64,000 bases of DNA from Candidatus Latescibacterota bacterium (GTDB lineage: Bacteria; Latescibacterota; UBA2968; UBA8231), in assembly GCA_965243025.1 (NCBI GenBank), contig CBDETY010000003.1, positions 6,496,001-6,560,000 on the forward strand, written 5' to 3'. Position 1 is the stretch's first letter. Each line of letters starts with the position of its first letter. Of the stretch, positions 10,053-21,418 are shown one piece after another. Position numbers and translations under genes: made by a program. The notes below the pieces were generated by a model, which was not told where the DNA came from, ran no database searches, and was given only the letters and a program-made list of their open reading frames with translations.

Positions 10053-10094
10053 GTGTTTGGTCGACAGAACCGAAGACCCGGAAAGAGAACGAAC

Positions 10095-10499
10095 GTGGCC
10101 ACGGAGCGGACCTTGTTGATCGTCAAGCCGGACGCGGTGGGCAAAGCCGCAACCGGCCGGATCCTGGCGCGCCTCGAAGCCGAGGGGTTTGCGATCCGCG
10201 CCCTCGGAATGACGCGGCTCACCAGGGAACGGGCGGCTGAATTCTACGACATCCACAAGGAGCGCCCCTTTTTCGGCGAGCTGGTGGAATTCATGACTTC
10301 CGGCAGCATCGTTCCGGCCCTGCTCGAACGCGACGACGCCGTCGCCCACCTGCGCGCCTTCATCGGCGAAACGGACAGCGCCAGGGCCGCCCCGGGGACC
10401 ATCCGCCGCGACTTCGGCACCGACGTGCAATGCAATGCCGTTCACGCTTCGGATTCGCTGGAGAACGCAAAAAGGGAAATCGGCTTTTTCTTCGGCTAG
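10095..10499 (+). CDS. ndk: Nucleoside diphosphate kinase
   Basis: ERTLLIVKPDAV, HKERPFF, PGTIR.DFG, NAVHASDS; GTG start. Confidence 0.96.
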   Translation: MATERTLLIVKPDAVGKAATGRILARLEAEGFAIRALGMTRLTRERAAEFYDIHKERPFFGELVEFMTSGSIVPALLERDDAVAHLRAFIGETDSARAAPGTIRRDFGTDVQCNAVHASDSLENAKREIGFFFG

Positions 10500-10508
10500 C
10501 AATGGAAT

Positions 10509-11087
10509 ATGGCCTCCGGAGGAACAGACGGCGGGCGGACCGATGCCGTTAACGCCCACCTCCTTCTGGACGACTTCGAGGAGGGCAGGACCGAATTCGA
10601 GACGCCCCTGCAGGCTGCGGCGCTCGACCTCAGCGACCGCAACTTCGACCTGTCGCCCCGGGTTCTGCTGCGGCTTTCGGTGCAGCGGTTCCTGCAGACG
10701 TTCACCGTAAAGGGGACCGTCTCTTTCGAGATCGGCGGGGAGTGCTGCCGCTGTCTGGCCGCGGTGCAGAAGTCTTTCGAAGCGGAAGTGGAGGTCCTGA
10801 TCCAGCGCCGCGAGGTCGGCGCCGACCTCCTGGAGGCGGCCGAAGAGGAGGATGACGTCGAGATCGTCGACCCGGGCGCCAGGGTCGTCGACCTCACCGG
10901 CCGGGTGCGGGACGCCGTAGCCCTCGAGTGGCCGATGAGAGTCTACTGCCGCGAGGACTGCAAGGGGCTCTGCTCGAGCTGCGGCCACGACCTCAACGAA
11001 GGGGCGTGCGGCTGCTCCCGGGAGCGGACCGACCCGCGCTGGGAGGCCCTGGAAGGACTGGCGGCGAAACAATCGCGAAGCACGTAG
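10509..11087 (+). CDS. yceD: DUF177/YceD family protein
   Basis: C.RCL, P..YCREDCKGLC..CG.DLN..C.C, DPRW; sits before rpmF. Confidence 0.9.
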   Translation: MASGGTDGGRTDAVNAHLLLDDFEEGRTEFETPLQAAALDLSDRNFDLSPRVLLRLSVQRFLQTFTVKGTVSFEIGGECCRCLAAVQKSFEAEVEVLIQRREVGADLLEAAEEEDDVEIVDPGARVVDLTGRVRDAVALEWPMRVYCREDCKGLCSSCGHDLNEGACGCSRERTDPRWEALEGLAAKQSRST

Positions 11088-11102
11088 ATACGGAGGAATC
11101 CC

Positions 11103-11285
11103 GTGGCAGCAGTACCCAAGAGACGGATATCCCGAACGCGCCGGGACAAGAGGAGGACGCACTGGAAGCTGCGCCGTCCCGCGCTGACCCTTTGCGCGAA
11201 CTGCGGGCAGCCGGCCCGGCCCCATCGGATCTGCAGGAGCTGCGGCTTCTACCGGGGACGCGAGTACGCCGAGCCTGAGGTCTGA
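11103..11285 (+). CDS. rpmF: 50S ribosomal protein L32 (zinc-ribbon form)
   Basis: AVPKRR.SRTRRDKRR, CANC...PHRIC.SCG.Y; SD ggagg upstream. Confidence 0.95.
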   Translation: MAAVPKRRISRTRRDKRRTHWKLRRPALTLCANCGQPARPHRICRSCGFYRGREYAEPEV

Positions 11286-12314
11286 TTGCCCGGGCAGCTG
11301 CTGCCGACGCGAGGACGAGAGGGTTCCCGGCGCACCGGGCGGTGCGCCGCGGTGACCGCTGTCGAACGCTACCTTCCCGACCGGGTCGTCACCAACGCCG
11401 AGATTGCCGAGACCGTAGAAACCTCCGACGCCTGGATCCGCGAGCGCACCGGGATCGCCGAGCGCCGCATCCTCGACGCCCTCCCCACCTCTCACATGGC
11501 CACCGAGGTGGCGGGGAGCATCCTCGCAAAACGCGACCTCGACCCGGGTGATCTCGACCTGATCATCGTCGCGACGATCACCCCGGACATGGTCTTTCCC
11601 GCCACCGCCTGCCTCGTCCAGGACCGCATCGGGGCCCGGCGCGCATGGGGCTACGATCTCTCCGCCGCCTGCGCCGGCTTCGTCTACGCCGTGGTAGCGG
11701 GAGCCCAGTTCATCGAATCGGGGGCGCACGAAAGGGTGCTGGTCATCGGCGCCGACAAGATGAGCGCCATCACCGATCAGGAGGACCGCTCGACCTGCGT
11801 GCTGTTCGGCGACGGGGCCGGCGGAGTGCTGCTCGAGCCCGCGGAAGAGGGGCTGATCGATTTCGAGCTGCACTGCGACGGCTCGGGAAGGGAAGATCTG
11901 TACATGCCGGGCGGCGGCAGCCTGCACCCCGCTTCGCGCGAATCGGTCGACAGGCGCCTGCACTTCGTGCACCAGGACGGCAAGGCGGTCTACAAGTTCG
12001 CCGTCATGAGGATGGCCGAAGTCTCCGTGGACCTGCTGGAGCGCAACGGTTTCGGTGTCGACGACCTGGCGCTGTTCGTCCCCCACCAGGCGAATCTGCG
12101 CATTATCACCGCCACCGCCGAGCGCATGGGCCTGCCGATGGAGAAGGTGATGGTCAACATCGAGCGCTACGCCAACACGACAGCGGCAACCGTTCCGATC
12201 GCCCTTTCGGAAGCGGTCGACCAGGGGCGGGTCAAGCGCGGCGACCTCGTGCAGCTCACCGCCGTCGGCGGCGGCCTGACCTGGGGCAGCGCCCTGCTGC
12301 GCTGGACGCTCTGA
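11286..12314 (+). CDS. fabH: 3-oxoacyl-ACP synthase III
   Basis: TSDAWIRERTGI.ERR, AACAGF, LFGDGAG, PHQAN, YANT, GGGLTWG. Confidence 0.95.
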   Translation: MPGQLLPTRGREGSRRTGRCAAVTAVERYLPDRVVTNAEIAETVETSDAWIRERTGIAERRILDALPTSHMATEVAGSILAKRDLDPGDLDLIIVATITPDMVFPATACLVQDRIGARRAWGYDLSAACAGFVYAVVAGAQFIESGAHERVLVIGADKMSAITDQEDRSTCVLFGDGAGGVLLEPAEEGLIDFELHCDGSGREDLYMPGGGSLHPASRESVDRRLHFVHQDGKAVYKFAVMRMAEVSVDLLERNGFGVDDLALFVPHQANLRIITATAERMGLPMEKVMVNIERYANTTAATVPIALSEAVDQGRVKRGDLVQLTAVGGGLTWGSALLRWTL

Positions 12315-12321
12315 TTTTTCC

Positions 12322-13272
12322 GTGGCCGGCCTTGCGTTCCTGTTTCCGGGCCAGGCTTCCCAGGCCGTGGGCATGGGTCGCGACCTCTGTGAACGGTACC
12401 CGCTGGCGCGGGCCCGTTTCGAAGAAGCGGAAGATGTCCTGTCGCTGCCGCTGCGGCGTCTGTGTTTCGAAGGGCCTCTGGAGGAGCTCGAGCAGACCGC
12501 GGTCACGCAGCCGGCGGTCTTCGTGCACAGCGCCGCCGCCGCCGAAGTCCTGGCGCAACAGGGGGTCGAGCCGGCCTGCGCAGCCGGCCACAGTCTCGGC
12601 GAATACTCCGCCCTGACCGCCGCCGGAGTTTTCGATTTCGCCACCGCCGTCGGCCTGGTCCAGGAGCGCGGCCGACTGATGCAGGAAGCCGGCGAGAGGC
12701 GCCCCGGAACCATGGCGGCCATCATCGGTCTCGAGGATACCCGGGTCGCCCGGCTGTGCCGGGAGGCGTCGCCGGACGGGGACGCGGTTCCGGCGAACTT
12801 CAACGCCCCCGGACAGGTGGTCATCTCGGGAACCGCCGCCGCGGTCGCCGCGGTATGCGAGGCCGCCGCGCCCGCGGGGGCCAGACGGGTGGTGCCCCTC
12901 GAGGTCAGCGGGGCTTTTCATTCCAGGCTGATGCAATCGGCAGCGGACGAGATGAGCGCCCGCCTGCGGGAGGTCGAGATGAGCCCGCCGGCGGTGCCGG
13001 TGGTGACCAACGCCGGAGCGCAGGCGACCGAAGACGTCGGCGATCTGCGGAGGCAGCTGCTGCAACAGATCCTGGCGCCGGTGCGCTGGACGGAGTGCGT
13101 AAGGGCGATCGCCGCCCGCGGCATCGCCGCCGCCGCCGAGGTCGGGCCGGGAAGCGTTCTCAAGGGACTGGTGCGGCGCATCGACAGGAAGATGACGGTT
13201 GTTTCCGCAGGCACTGCGGCGGAGATAGAGGACCTCACGGGTAAAAACGCCAAGGCGGACAGCGATGGCTGA
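12322..13272 (+). CDS. fabD: Malonyl-CoA:ACP transacylase
   Basis: LFPGQ.SQ, GHSLGEY, VSGAFHS, PVRW. Confidence 0.95.
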   Translation: MAGLAFLFPGQASQAVGMGRDLCERYPLARARFEEAEDVLSLPLRRLCFEGPLEELEQTAVTQPAVFVHSAAAAEVLAQQGVEPACAAGHSLGEYSALTAAGVFDFATAVGLVQERGRLMQEAGERRPGTMAAIIGLEDTRVARLCREASPDGDAVPANFNAPGQVVISGTAAAVAAVCEAAAPAGARRVVPLEVSGAFHSRLMQSAADEMSARLREVEMSPPAVPVVTNAGAQATEDVGDLRRQLLQQILAPVRWTECVRAIAARGIAAAAEVGPGSVLKGLVRRIDRKMTVVSAGTAAEIEDLTGKNAKADSDG

Positions 13273-14029
13273 GGAGAACGGCAACGGCAGGATGAAGGGG
13301 AAATCGGCACTGGTTACCGGCGGATCCCGGGGTATCGGGCGCGCCATCGCCCTGCGGCTCGCCGCCGAAGGGGCCAACGTGGCGGTGTGCGCCCGCAACG
13401 AAGAGGCCGCCGCAGCCACCGCCGCCGAGGTCGCGCGCGCCGGGGTCGGCAGCCTGTCGCGGGGGGTCGACGTCTCCGATGCCGGCCAGGTGAAGGACCT
13501 GGTTGCGGCGACCATCGCCGAGTTCGGAGCCGTCGACATTCTCGTCAACAACGCCGGCATCGCCAGGGACAACCTCACCCTGAGGCTGCAGGAGGCCGAC
13601 TGGGACGCGGTGCTGGAGATCAACCTCAAGGGGGCGTTCCTCTGCTGCAAGGCGGCGGCGCGGTCGATGATGAAGGCGCGGGCGGGCCGCATCATCAACA
13701 TCTCCTCGGTCGTCGGCCTCGCCGGGAACGCCGGGCAGCCCAACTACGCGGCCTCGAAGGCCGGCCTGCTCGGATTCACGAAGAGCTTGGCGCGGGAGCT
13801 CGCCCCCCGCAACATCACGGTCAACGCCGTGGCTCCGGGACTGGTCCCCGACACCGGGATGACCACCGGCCTCGGGGAAGAGGCAGTCGAGCAGCTGCTG
13901 TCCCACGTCCCCCTCGGGCGCCCAGGCTCGGTGCAGGACGTCGCCGCTGCGGTCGCCTTTCTCGCTTCGGAAGAAGCGGCATACATCACAGGTCACGTGT
14001 TGACTGTCGACGGAGGGATGACGATGTAG
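13265..14029 (+). CDS. fabG: 3-oxoacyl-ACP reductase
   Basis: TGGSRGIG, NNAGI.RD, YAASK, VDGGM. Confidence 0.95.
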   Translation: MAEENGNGRMKGKSALVTGGSRGIGRAIALRLAAEGANVAVCARNEEAAAATAAEVARAGVGSLSRGVDVSDAGQVKDLVAATIAEFGAVDILVNNAGIARDNLTLRLQEADWDAVLEINLKGAFLCCKAAARSMMKARAGRIINISSVVGLAGNAGQPNYAASKAGLLGFTKSLARELAPRNITVNAVAPGLVPDTGMTTGLGEEAVEQLLSHVPLGRPGSVQDVAAAVAFLASEEAAYITGHVLTVDGGMTM

Positions 14030-14058
14030 CGATCCCGGCCCGGAGCGCCGGCAGCAGG

Positions 14059-14080
14059 GTCGCCGGAGGGCGGCGTTTTT
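14059..14080 (+). terminator. Possible intrinsic terminator after fabG
   Basis: GTCGCC-GGAG-GGCGGC then GTTTTT. Confidence 0.4.
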
Positions 14081-14179
14081 AGTTGGCTTTATGAACCGCA
14101 CCGCAATATATATAGTTGAACTTTCGCGAAGATCAGCAACGAAGATTGCCGTCAAGACAAGAGCAGGAGGATTGAGTAA

Positions 14180-14419
14180 ATGGCAACAATAGATGAGCGG
14201 GTCCGGGATCTCATCGTCGAACAACTCGGCGTGAATGCCGACCAGGTTACCCCGGCAGCGTCCTTTGTCGACGATCTCGGGGCCGACTCCCTCGACACCG
14301 TGGAGCTGGTGATGGCCTTCGAGGAGGAGTTCGGGATCGATATTCCGGACGAGGACGCCGAAAAGATGTCCGTCGTCAGCGACGCCATCAAATACCTCGA
14401 AGAAAACAGCAAAGCCTAG
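14180..14419 (+). CDS. acpP: Acyl carrier protein
   Basis: [20 protein letters not shown]; SD aggagg. Confidence 0.97.
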   Translation: MATIDERVRDLIVEQLGVNADQVTPAASFVDDLGADSLDTVELVMAFEEEFGIDIPDEDAEKMSVVSDAIKYLEENSKA

Positions 14420-14471
14420 TGCCTGCCTGCGCACTTCCGCGTGAATTCGGTCGCGGCGGGTTACCGGGTTC

Positions 14472-15734
14472 ATGGCGACGACACTGTCCGTGTCCAGGCG
14501 CAGAGTAGCGGTCACCGGCGCCGGAGTCCTCGCCCCCAACGGCAACGGCATCGAGGCCTTCTGGAAGGCCCTGATCGCCGGCCGTTCCGGCATCGGCGCA
14601 ATCACCCGGTGGGACACCTCCCGGCACAAGGTGAAGATCGCCGGCGAACTCAAGGGGTTCGATCCGGGTCAGTCGCTCGACCACCGGGAAGTGCGCCGCA
14701 ACGATCCCTTCGTCCACTACGCCGTCCACACCGCGGTCGAGGCGGCGACGCGAGCCGGGATCGGGGCCGGTTCCGTCGATCCCGAGCGCATGGGGGTGAT
14801 ATTCGGGTCGGGTATCGGCGGCATCTCCACCCTCGAAGAACAGCACGACGTCCTGAACGACAGGGGGCCGGGCCGCATCAGTCCCTTCTTCGTCCCCTCG
14901 ATGATAAGCGACATGTCCGCGGGGATGATCTCGATCAAGCTGGGCGCCAAGGGACCCAACTACACCACGGTTTCGGCCTGCTCCTCGGCCGCCCACGCGA
15001 TTGGCGAGGCGGCGCGCAAGATCCAGTACGGCGAGGCCGAGGTGATGATTGCCGGGGGTACAGAGGCCGCGGTCACCCCGTTCTCGGTAGCCGGCTTCGC
15101 CGCCTCGCGCGCCCTGGCGGTGCGCAACGAAGAACCGGAACGGGCGAGCCGGCCCTTCGACGCCGAACGGAACGGGTTCGTGCTCGGGGAAGGGGCCGGG
15201 GCCGTCGTGCTCGAGGAGCTCGACCATGCCACGGCGCGGGGTGCCGACGTTCTGGGTGAATTTCTCGGGCTCGGTTTCACCGCCGATGCCTACCACATCA
15301 CCGACATGGCCCCGGAAGGAGAGGGAGGGGCGCGGGCGATGCGCATCGCTCTGGAAGACGCCGGTCTGTCCCCGGACGCAATCGACTACGTAAACGCCCA
15401 CGGGACATCGACGATCGTCGGAGATCCTCAGGAAACAGCGGCGATCCGCAACGTGTTCGGGGCCCGCGCCCGCAACGGACTGGCGGTGAGCTCCACGAAG
15501 TCGATGACCGGGCACCTGCTGGGAGCGGCCGGCGCCATAGAGAGCATCGCCTGCCTGCTGGCGCTCGCCAACGGCGTGCTGCCGCCGACGATCAACTACG
15601 AAAAACCCGACCCCGAATGCGACCTCGACTACGTCCCCAACGAGGCGCGCGATGCGGACATCCGCTACGCCCTCAACAATTCCTTCGGTTTCGGGGGCCA
15701 CAACGTCGCCCTCATCTTCGGACGCCTCGACTGA
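14472..15734 (+). CDS. fabF: 3-oxoacyl-ACP synthase II
   Basis: [43 protein letters not shown]. Confidence 0.96.
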   Translation: MATTLSVSRRRVAVTGAGVLAPNGNGIEAFWKALIAGRSGIGAITRWDTSRHKVKIAGELKGFDPGQSLDHREVRRNDPFVHYAVHTAVEAATRAGIGAGSVDPERMGVIFGSGIGGISTLEEQHDVLNDRGPGRISPFFVPSMISDMSAGMISIKLGAKGPNYTTVSACSSAAHAIGEAARKIQYGEAEVMIAGGTEAAVTPFSVAGFAASRALAVRNEEPERASRPFDAERNGFVLGEGAGAVVLEELDHATARGADVLGEFLGLGFTADAYHITDMAPEGEGGARAMRIALEDAGLSPDAIDYVNAHGTSTIVGDPQETAAIRNVFGARARNGLAVSSTKSMTGHLLGAAGAIESIACLLALANGVLPPTINYEKPDPECDLDYVPNEARDADIRYALNNSFGFGGHNVALIFGRLD

Positions 15735-15811
15735 CCCCGCAGCTTCCCGGAAAACCGGGCACAGCACCTGCCGGGCACCCATTTTCAGCTCCCGGAATCG
15801 CACAGCACCTC

Positions 15812-16582
15812 ATGGGATGGTTTTCCGCACTGTTCAGCCGCCGCCGGTTGGCGAAATCCCGGGTATCGGACCCGACCGGCATGCTGGGGGAGTTGGAGCG
15901 GCGCCTCGGGTACCGCTTCCGCAACCGGGAACTGCTGCTCACCGCGCTCAAACACCGCTCCTGGGTGTACGCCCTGCAGGGGAGCGGCGTCGAGTCCAAC
16001 GAGCGTCTCGAGTACCTCGGCGACGCCGTTCTCGACCTGCTGGTCGCCGAAGAGCTGTTCCGGCGCCACCAGGACCGCCGCGAGGGCGACCTCACCAAGA
16101 TGAAGTCCCTCGTCGTCAGCCGCCCCGTCCTCGCCCGCAAGGCGCGCGGCATCGAGCTCGGGCGTTTCGTGCTGCTGAGCCAGGAGGAGCGCAAGGTCGG
16201 GGGAGCGGACCAGGACTCCATTCTCAGCGACGCCTTCGAGGCCGTGATCGGCGCCATGTACCTCGACGGCGGGCTGGAAGGGCCCCGGCGTTTCGTCGAG
16301 GGGGAAGTGATGGGGGATTTCGAAGAGCTTCACCAGCGCGAGGACTCCATCAACTTCAAGAGCCGGCTGCTCGAGTACATACAGAGCCTGGGGTCGGGAT
16401 ATCCGAGGTACCACGTGCAGGAGGAGAAGGGGCCGGATCACGACAAGGTGTTCAGCGTGTCCGTCTCGGTCACCGGGGAGGAGGTGGGGTTCGGAAGCGG
16501 CAGGAGCAAGAAGGAAGCGCAGCAGATGGCGGCCAGGGACGCCCTGCTCAAGCTCGGGCAGTTGAGAGGCGACGAGCCGTGA
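15812..16582 (+). CDS. rnc: Ribonuclease III
   Basis: NERLEYLGDAVL, DAFEAVIGAMYLD, dsRBD GPDH.K.F...SKKEA.Q. Confidence 0.95.
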   Translation: MGWFSALFSRRRLAKSRVSDPTGMLGELERRLGYRFRNRELLLTALKHRSWVYALQGSGVESNERLEYLGDAVLDLLVAEELFRRHQDRREGDLTKMKSLVVSRPVLARKARGIELGRFVLLSQEERKVGGADQDSILSDAFEAVIGAMYLDGGLEGPRRFVEGEVMGDFEELHQREDSINFKSRLLEYIQSLGSGYPRYHVQEEKGPDHDKVFSVSVSVTGEEVGFGSGRSKKEAQQMAARDALLKLGQLRGDEP

Positions 16583-17523
16583 CTGCCGCGAAGGAAACAT
16601 GGCGCTTCCTCGATACCGGGGCTTCGCCCGGCGACTTCAACATGCAGGCTGACGCGGTACTTCTCGACGCCGTCGGCGCCGGCCGCAGCCCCTCGGTGCT
16701 GCGGCTCTACCGCTGGGAACCGCCCGCCATATCCCTGGGGTACAACCAGGACCCCCGGCGGGAGCTCGATCTGCAGCGGGTTGGCAGCGCCGGCATCGAC
16801 GTGGTGCCCCGGCTCACCGGCGGGCGCGCCGTCCTTCACTGGGAGGAGTTGACCTACAGCGTGATCTGCCGCGAGGGATGCGGCCGTCTCGGGGCCTCTC
16901 CCGGTGCCGCGTACCGCGAGATCGGACGCGCCCTGGTGGCCGGACTGCGGGCCTTCGGCGCCCCGGTCGACCTGCACCGCCAGGAGGCGGGACAGGGCGG
17001 CCGCTCGACCCCTGAGGCCCCCAAGCCCCCCTGCTTCGCCAGCACCTCCAGGTGGGAGGTTACCTGCCGGGGCCGCAAGCTCGTCGGCAGCGCCCAGCGC
17101 CGGATTCGCGGGGCGATACTTCAGCACGGCTCGATCCTCACCGGTCCCCGGCACCTCCTCCTCGGCGGTTTCCTGCGGGCTGCGGAAAACCGCGGTCCGA
17201 TCGCGGACCTTCCCGTCGCCCCGTCGAGGGCGGTCCGCAACTCCGGCCCGTCGCCATCGGCCGCAACGGAAATGTCGTCGTACCCCTGCACCATCCGGCC
17301 ACCGGGTTCATCGACCAGCACGCACCTGGGAGAAATAACCGGGGAGCCGGTCGACATTCCCTTTCTGTCCGCCTGTATCGTCCGCGGGTTCGGCGGCTGT
17401 CTGGAGATCGGCCTGAGGGACAGCGCCCTTGCCGCAGGCGAGCGGGAGGAAATCGAACGCCGCTGCGGGGGGCTCCGGGAAGCGGACGAACCGGCCGCGG
17501 TCGAAGCCGGAGCGCGGCGATGA
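16579..17523 (+). CDS. Lipoate-protein ligase/octanoyltransferase (LplA/LipM family)
   Basis: NM..D, LRLYRW...[29 protein letters not shown]. Confidence 0.85.
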   Translation: MTAAKETWRFLDTGASPGDFNMQADAVLLDAVGAGRSPSVLRLYRWEPPAISLGYNQDPRRELDLQRVGSAGIDVVPRLTGGRAVLHWEELTYSVICREGCGRLGASPGAAYREIGRALVAGLRAFGAPVDLHRQEAGQGGRSTPEAPKPPCFASTSRWEVTCRGRKLVGSAQRRIRGAILQHGSILTGPRHLLLGGFLRAAENRGPIADLPVAPSRAVRNSGPSPSAATEMSSYPCTIRPPGSSTSTHLGEITGEPVDIPFLSACIVRGFGGCLEIGLRDSALAAGEREEIERRCGGLREADEPAAVEAGARR

Positions 17524-18509
17524 GCGCCGCTGTCCGGGGGGCCGGCCCGGTCGTCGAAGTCGAAGGCCTGCGCACCAGCTTTTACGGCGACGACGGCATC
17601 GGCCTCGCTGTCGACGGCGTGTCGTTCTCACTCTGCAAGGGAGAAACCCTGGGCCTGGTGGGAGAGAGCGGCTGCGGCAAGAGCGTCACCGCCCTGTCGG
17701 TCATGCGCCTGGTTCGCGAGCCTCCGGGCCGCATCGAGGCCGGCCGCATCGCCGTCAACGGCCGCGATCTCACGGCGTTGTCGGAGCAGGAGATGTGCCG
17801 CATACGGGGGGACGAGGTCGCCATGATCTTCCAGGAGCCGATGTCGAGTCTGAACCCGGTTCTCACCTGCGGTTTCCAGATCATGGAAGCGGTGATGCTG
17901 CACCAGGACGCCTCCAGGGCGGAGGCGCGCGAGCGCGCCGTCGAGATGCTGAAGCTGGTCGGCATTCCCGCTCCCGAGCAGCGCATCGACGAGTATCCCC
18001 ACCAGCTGAGCGGCGGCATGCGGCAGCGGATCATGATCGCCATGGCCCTCTCCTGCAACCCGGACGTGCTGATCGCCGACGAACCGACGACCGCCCTCGA
18101 CGTCACCATACAGGCGCAGATCCTCGAATTGCTGCAACGGCTCCAGGAAGAGCTCGACATGGCCATCCTGCTGATCACCCACGATCTCGGGGTGGTCGCC
18201 GAGGTCGCCGACCGGGTGGCGGTGATGTACGCCGGCAGGATCGTGGAGACCGCCGGGACCGGGGAACTCTTCGCATCCCCGCGGCACCCCTACACGCGGG
18301 GACTGCTGCGCTCGATACCCGGACTCGAGGAGGAGCGGGAGCGGCTCGACATCATCCCCGGCTCGGTCCCGGACGCCCGCGACATCCCTGCCGGCTGCGC
18401 CTTCCATCCCCGCTGCCCCCTGGCCGACGACAACTGCCGGCGACAGCGCCCGCAACCGGAGGAAGCGGCGCCCGGGCACCTCGTGAGCTGCTGGAAAGCG
18501 GATGACTGA
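17520..18509 (+). CDS. oppD: Oligopeptide/dipeptide ABC ATPase OppD/DppD
   Basis: [35 protein letters not shown] tail. Confidence 0.88.
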   Translation: MSAAVRGAGPVVEVEGLRTSFYGDDGIGLAVDGVSFSLCKGETLGLVGESGCGKSVTALSVMRLVREPPGRIEAGRIAVNGRDLTALSEQEMCRIRGDEVAMIFQEPMSSLNPVLTCGFQIMEAVMLHQDASRAEARERAVEMLKLVGIPAPEQRIDEYPHQLSGGMRQRIMIAMALSCNPDVLIADEPTTALDVTIQAQILELLQRLQEELDMAILLITHDLGVVAEVADRVAVMYAGRIVETAGTGELFASPRHPYTRGLLRSIPGLEEERERLDIIPGSVPDARDIPAGCAFHPRCPLADDNCRRQRPQPEEAAPGHLVSCWKADD

Positions 18510-19551
18510 AGCGGATCTGCCACTGATTCAGGCAAAGGGCCTGAAGAAGCATTTCGAGGTCCGCAAGGGGTTGTGGGGCCGGGTCAGCGGGCACGTCCGC
18601 GCCGTCGACGGCGTGTCGCTTTCGGTATGGCCCGGGGAAACCGTCGGAGTGGTCGGCGAGAGCGGCTGCGGCAAGACCACCCTCGGAAGGCTGATCCTGC
18701 GCCTGCTCGAGCCGACCGCCGGGGAGGTCTTCTTTCGCGGGCGCAACCTCGGCTCCCTGAGGGCGGGCGAGCTGCGCCGCCTGAGGCGGCGCATGCAGAT
18801 CGTCTTCCAGGACCCGTACGGATCCCTCAACCCGCGCATGACCGTCGGCTCGATCATCGGCGAGGGCCTGCTCATTCACGGTCTTGCCGAGGGGGCGGCG
18901 GTCGAATCCCGGGTCGCCGGGCTGCTCGACATGGTCGGGCTTCCCGCCTCCTCGGCGCGCCGCTACCCGCACGAGTTCAGCGGCGGACAGCGCCAGCGCA
19001 TCGGCATCGCCAGGGCCCTGTCGGTCGAGCCCGAGTTCATCGTCGCCGACGAACCGGTCTCCGCCCTCGACGTGTCGGTACAGGCCCAGATCATCAACCT
19101 TCTCCAGGACATTCAGCGCGACCTGGGGCTCACCTACCTTTTCATCGCCCACGACCTCAGTGTCGTGCGCCATATCTCGGACAGGGTGGCGGTGATGTAC
19201 CTCGGCAGAATTGTCGAAATGGCGCCGCGGAACGAGCTTTATCGCCGGCCCTCGCACCCCTACACCCGCGCGCTGCTGTCGGCGGTCCCGATGCCCGATC
19301 CGGCCCGGCGCCGCGGCCGCAGGACTCTCGAAGGGGATGTCCCGAACCCGGCGGCGGTGCCGCCGGGGTGTCCGTTTCACCCGCGCTGCCCCGAACGCAC
19401 CGATGTCTGCACGCGCGTCGTCCCCGAGCTGGGGGAGGTGGAGGGGGAAGGCCGCCAGGTCGCCTGCCTGCTGCGCCATCCCGGCGGGACGGAAGCGGGG
19501 GCGGACGCAACGAACCCCGGCCGGCCGCCACCGGCGGCTGACGGACTGTAG
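18502..19551 (+). CDS. oppF: Oligopeptide/dipeptide ABC ATPase OppF/DppF
   Basis: [36 protein letters not shown]. Confidence 0.88.
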   Translation: MTEADLPLIQAKGLKKHFEVRKGLWGRVSGHVRAVDGVSLSVWPGETVGVVGESGCGKTTLGRLILRLLEPTAGEVFFRGRNLGSLRAGELRRLRRRMQIVFQDPYGSLNPRMTVGSIIGEGLLIHGLAEGAAVESRVAGLLDMVGLPASSARRYPHEFSGGQRQRIGIARALSVEPEFIVADEPVSALDVSVQAQIINLLQDIQRDLGLTYLFIAHDLSVVRHISDRVAVMYLGRIVEMAPRNELYRRPSHPYTRALLSAVPMPDPARRRGRRTLEGDVPNPAAVPPGCPFHPRCPERTDVCTRVVPELGEVEGEGRQVACLLRHPGGTEAGADATNPGRPPPAADGL

Positions 19552-19569
19552 CAACGGAGCTTACAGCAT

Positions 19570-21378
19570 ATGATGACCAAGCTGCGAGAGAGCACGGGCA
19601 TAATCATGTGGATCGTGATCCTCGCTTTCGTGGGACTGATCGTCGTCGAGTGGGGCGCCGACTATTCCGGCACCGCCCGCTCCCGTTCCGACGCCGTCGG
19701 AGTGATCAACGGTCAGGAAGTCTCCCTGAAACTCTTCCAGCAGGCGCTGCGCAACGCCGCGCGCCAGCGCGGCCGCGAGGAACGCGGCGACGACGGCGCC
19801 CTCGTGCGCGAGGTGTGGCAGGCGATCGTCAACGAGACCATCGTCAGCCAGGAGCTCGAGCGCCTCGGCATCGAAATCACCGACGAGGAGCTGGCCACCT
19901 ACACCCGCGAGGCGCCGCCGCAGCCCGTCCAGGAGATCGAGGTGTTCCAGACGGACGGGGAGTTCGACCCGCAGCTGTACCAGCAGTTCCTCAACGACCA
20001 GAGCACTTTCGCCGACGCCAGGAACCGCCAGTTCATCATGCAGATCGAGCGCATGTGGGAGAACCAGCTGCTCAACCACCGCCTGCAGACGCTGCTGATG
20101 GAGACCGTCCGCGTCAGCGCCCCGGAGGTGCGCAAGCACTACGTCGACCGCAACGAAAAGGTCAGGGTCGAGTACGTGTTCTCCCCCTCGGCGTCCCCCT
20201 CCGAGGGCGGGACCGAGCTCGAGGAAGCGGAAATCGAGGCGGAGTACTCGGCCAGCGCCGACGACTACCGGCACGGCAGGCAGGTGAAAATCCGCTACGT
20301 CCTGTTCCCGCGCGTCCCCAGCGCCGCGGATTCGGCCGACATCGAGAAGCAGGCCCACAGCCTTCGCGAAGACATCCTCGCCGGGACGGATTTCGCCGAG
20401 CTGGCCGAGGCGATGTCGGAGGACGAGGGCAGCGCCGCCAGCGGCGGCGACCTCGGCACTTTCGGCCGCGGCCGCATGGTGGCCCCGTTCGAGGAGGCGG
20501 TTTTCGCCCTCGAACCCGGGGAGGTGTCGCAGCCGGTGCTGACCCGGTTCGGCTGGCACCTGATCAAGCTCGAGGAACGCCTCGAGGAGGACGGGGAGGA
20601 GAAGGTCCGGGCGCGGCACATCCTGCTGAAGTTCACCCCGTCGCAGTCGACCGAAGACTCCATCCACGAGGCGGCTTCCGACTTCCGCGAGCTCGCAGCG
20701 GACCGCGGAATAGACGCCGCGTCCGAAATCGAGGGGGTCGAGGTGCGCGATCCCGGATGGGTGCCGCCGGGGAGCGTGATCCCCGGGCTCGGGCTGGGGA
20801 CCGGTTGGGTGGTCAACCTGTTCTTCGACAGCGAGGTCGGCGCGGTCAGCCGGGTCGGCAGCGTCGAGGGGTCGTTCTGGGTAGCCCAACTGGTCGAGGC
20901 CCGGGAGGAAGGGGTGGCCCCTTTTGAGGAGGTCAAGTCCCGGGTAGAGCGCTCCCTGCAGGGGCGCAAGCGCGCCGAGGCGGCTGGGGAGGTGCTGCGG
21001 GAGATCCGCGGAGCGGTGCTCGGCGGAGGGGACCTGGCCGCGGCGGCCGCGGCCAACGGACTGGAACTCAGCGAGACCGGGCCGTTCGCGCGCGCCGACT
21101 TCGTCCCGGGGGTCGGCCGCAACACCGAATTGACCAGGGCGGCGTTCGCCATGCAGCCGGGCGAGCTGAGCGACCTCGTCGTCGCCCGCAACGGCGCTTA
21201 CCTGCTCAGGGTGATCGAAAAGACCCCGATCGACGAGGGGGCGTTTCTCGACGGGCGCGAAGCCCTCCTCGACGAGCTGCTGCAGGAGCGCCGGAACGAG
21301 GCCCTCCAGGTATGGCTGTCCCAGTTCTACGCCGCCGCCGAGATCGAGGACAACAGACACCTTTTCTACACCTTCTAG
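19570..21378 (+). CDS. ppiD: PpiD-like membrane-anchored peptidyl-prolyl isomerase/chaperone
   Basis: N-terminal TM, SurA-N-like region, parvulin FAELA...SED..SA..GGDLG.F..G.MV..FEEAVF, T.FGWHLI. Confidence 0.8.
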   Translation: MMTKLRESTGIIMWIVILAFVGLIVVEWGADYSGTARSRSDAVGVINGQEVSLKLFQQALRNAARQRGREERGDDGALVREVWQAIVNETIVSQELERLGIEITDEELATYTREAPPQPVQEIEVFQTDGEFDPQLYQQFLNDQSTFADARNRQFIMQIERMWENQLLNHRLQTLLMETVRVSAPEVRKHYVDRNEKVRVEYVFSPSASPSEGGTELEEAEIEAEYSASADDYRHGRQVKIRYVLFPRVPSAADSADIEKQAHSLREDILAGTDFAELAEAMSEDEGSAASGGDLGTFGRGRMVAPFEEAVFALEPGEVSQPVLTRFGWHLIKLEERLEEDGEEKVRARHILLKFTPSQSTEDSIHEAASDFRELAADRGIDAASEIEGVEVRDPGWVPPGSVIPGLGLGTGWVVNLFFDSEVGAVSRVGSVEGSFWVAQLVEAREEGVAPFEEVKSRVERSLQGRKRAEAAGEVLREIRGAVLGGGDLAAAAAANGLELSETGPFARADFVPGVGRNTELTRAAFAMQPGELSDLVVARNGAYLLRVIEKTPIDEGAFLDGREALLDELLQERRNEALQVWLSQFYAAAEIEDNRHLFYTF

Positions 21379-21418
21379 TCAAGCACCCGCAGCAGCTTCC
21401 ATCTGCAAGGAGAGCCAG

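Noticed and set aside
11286-15734. fab genes as a secondary-metabolite type II PKS cluster
   Set aside because: Canonical primary fatty-acid synthesis order with rpmF and rnc; no chain-length factor or tailoring genes.
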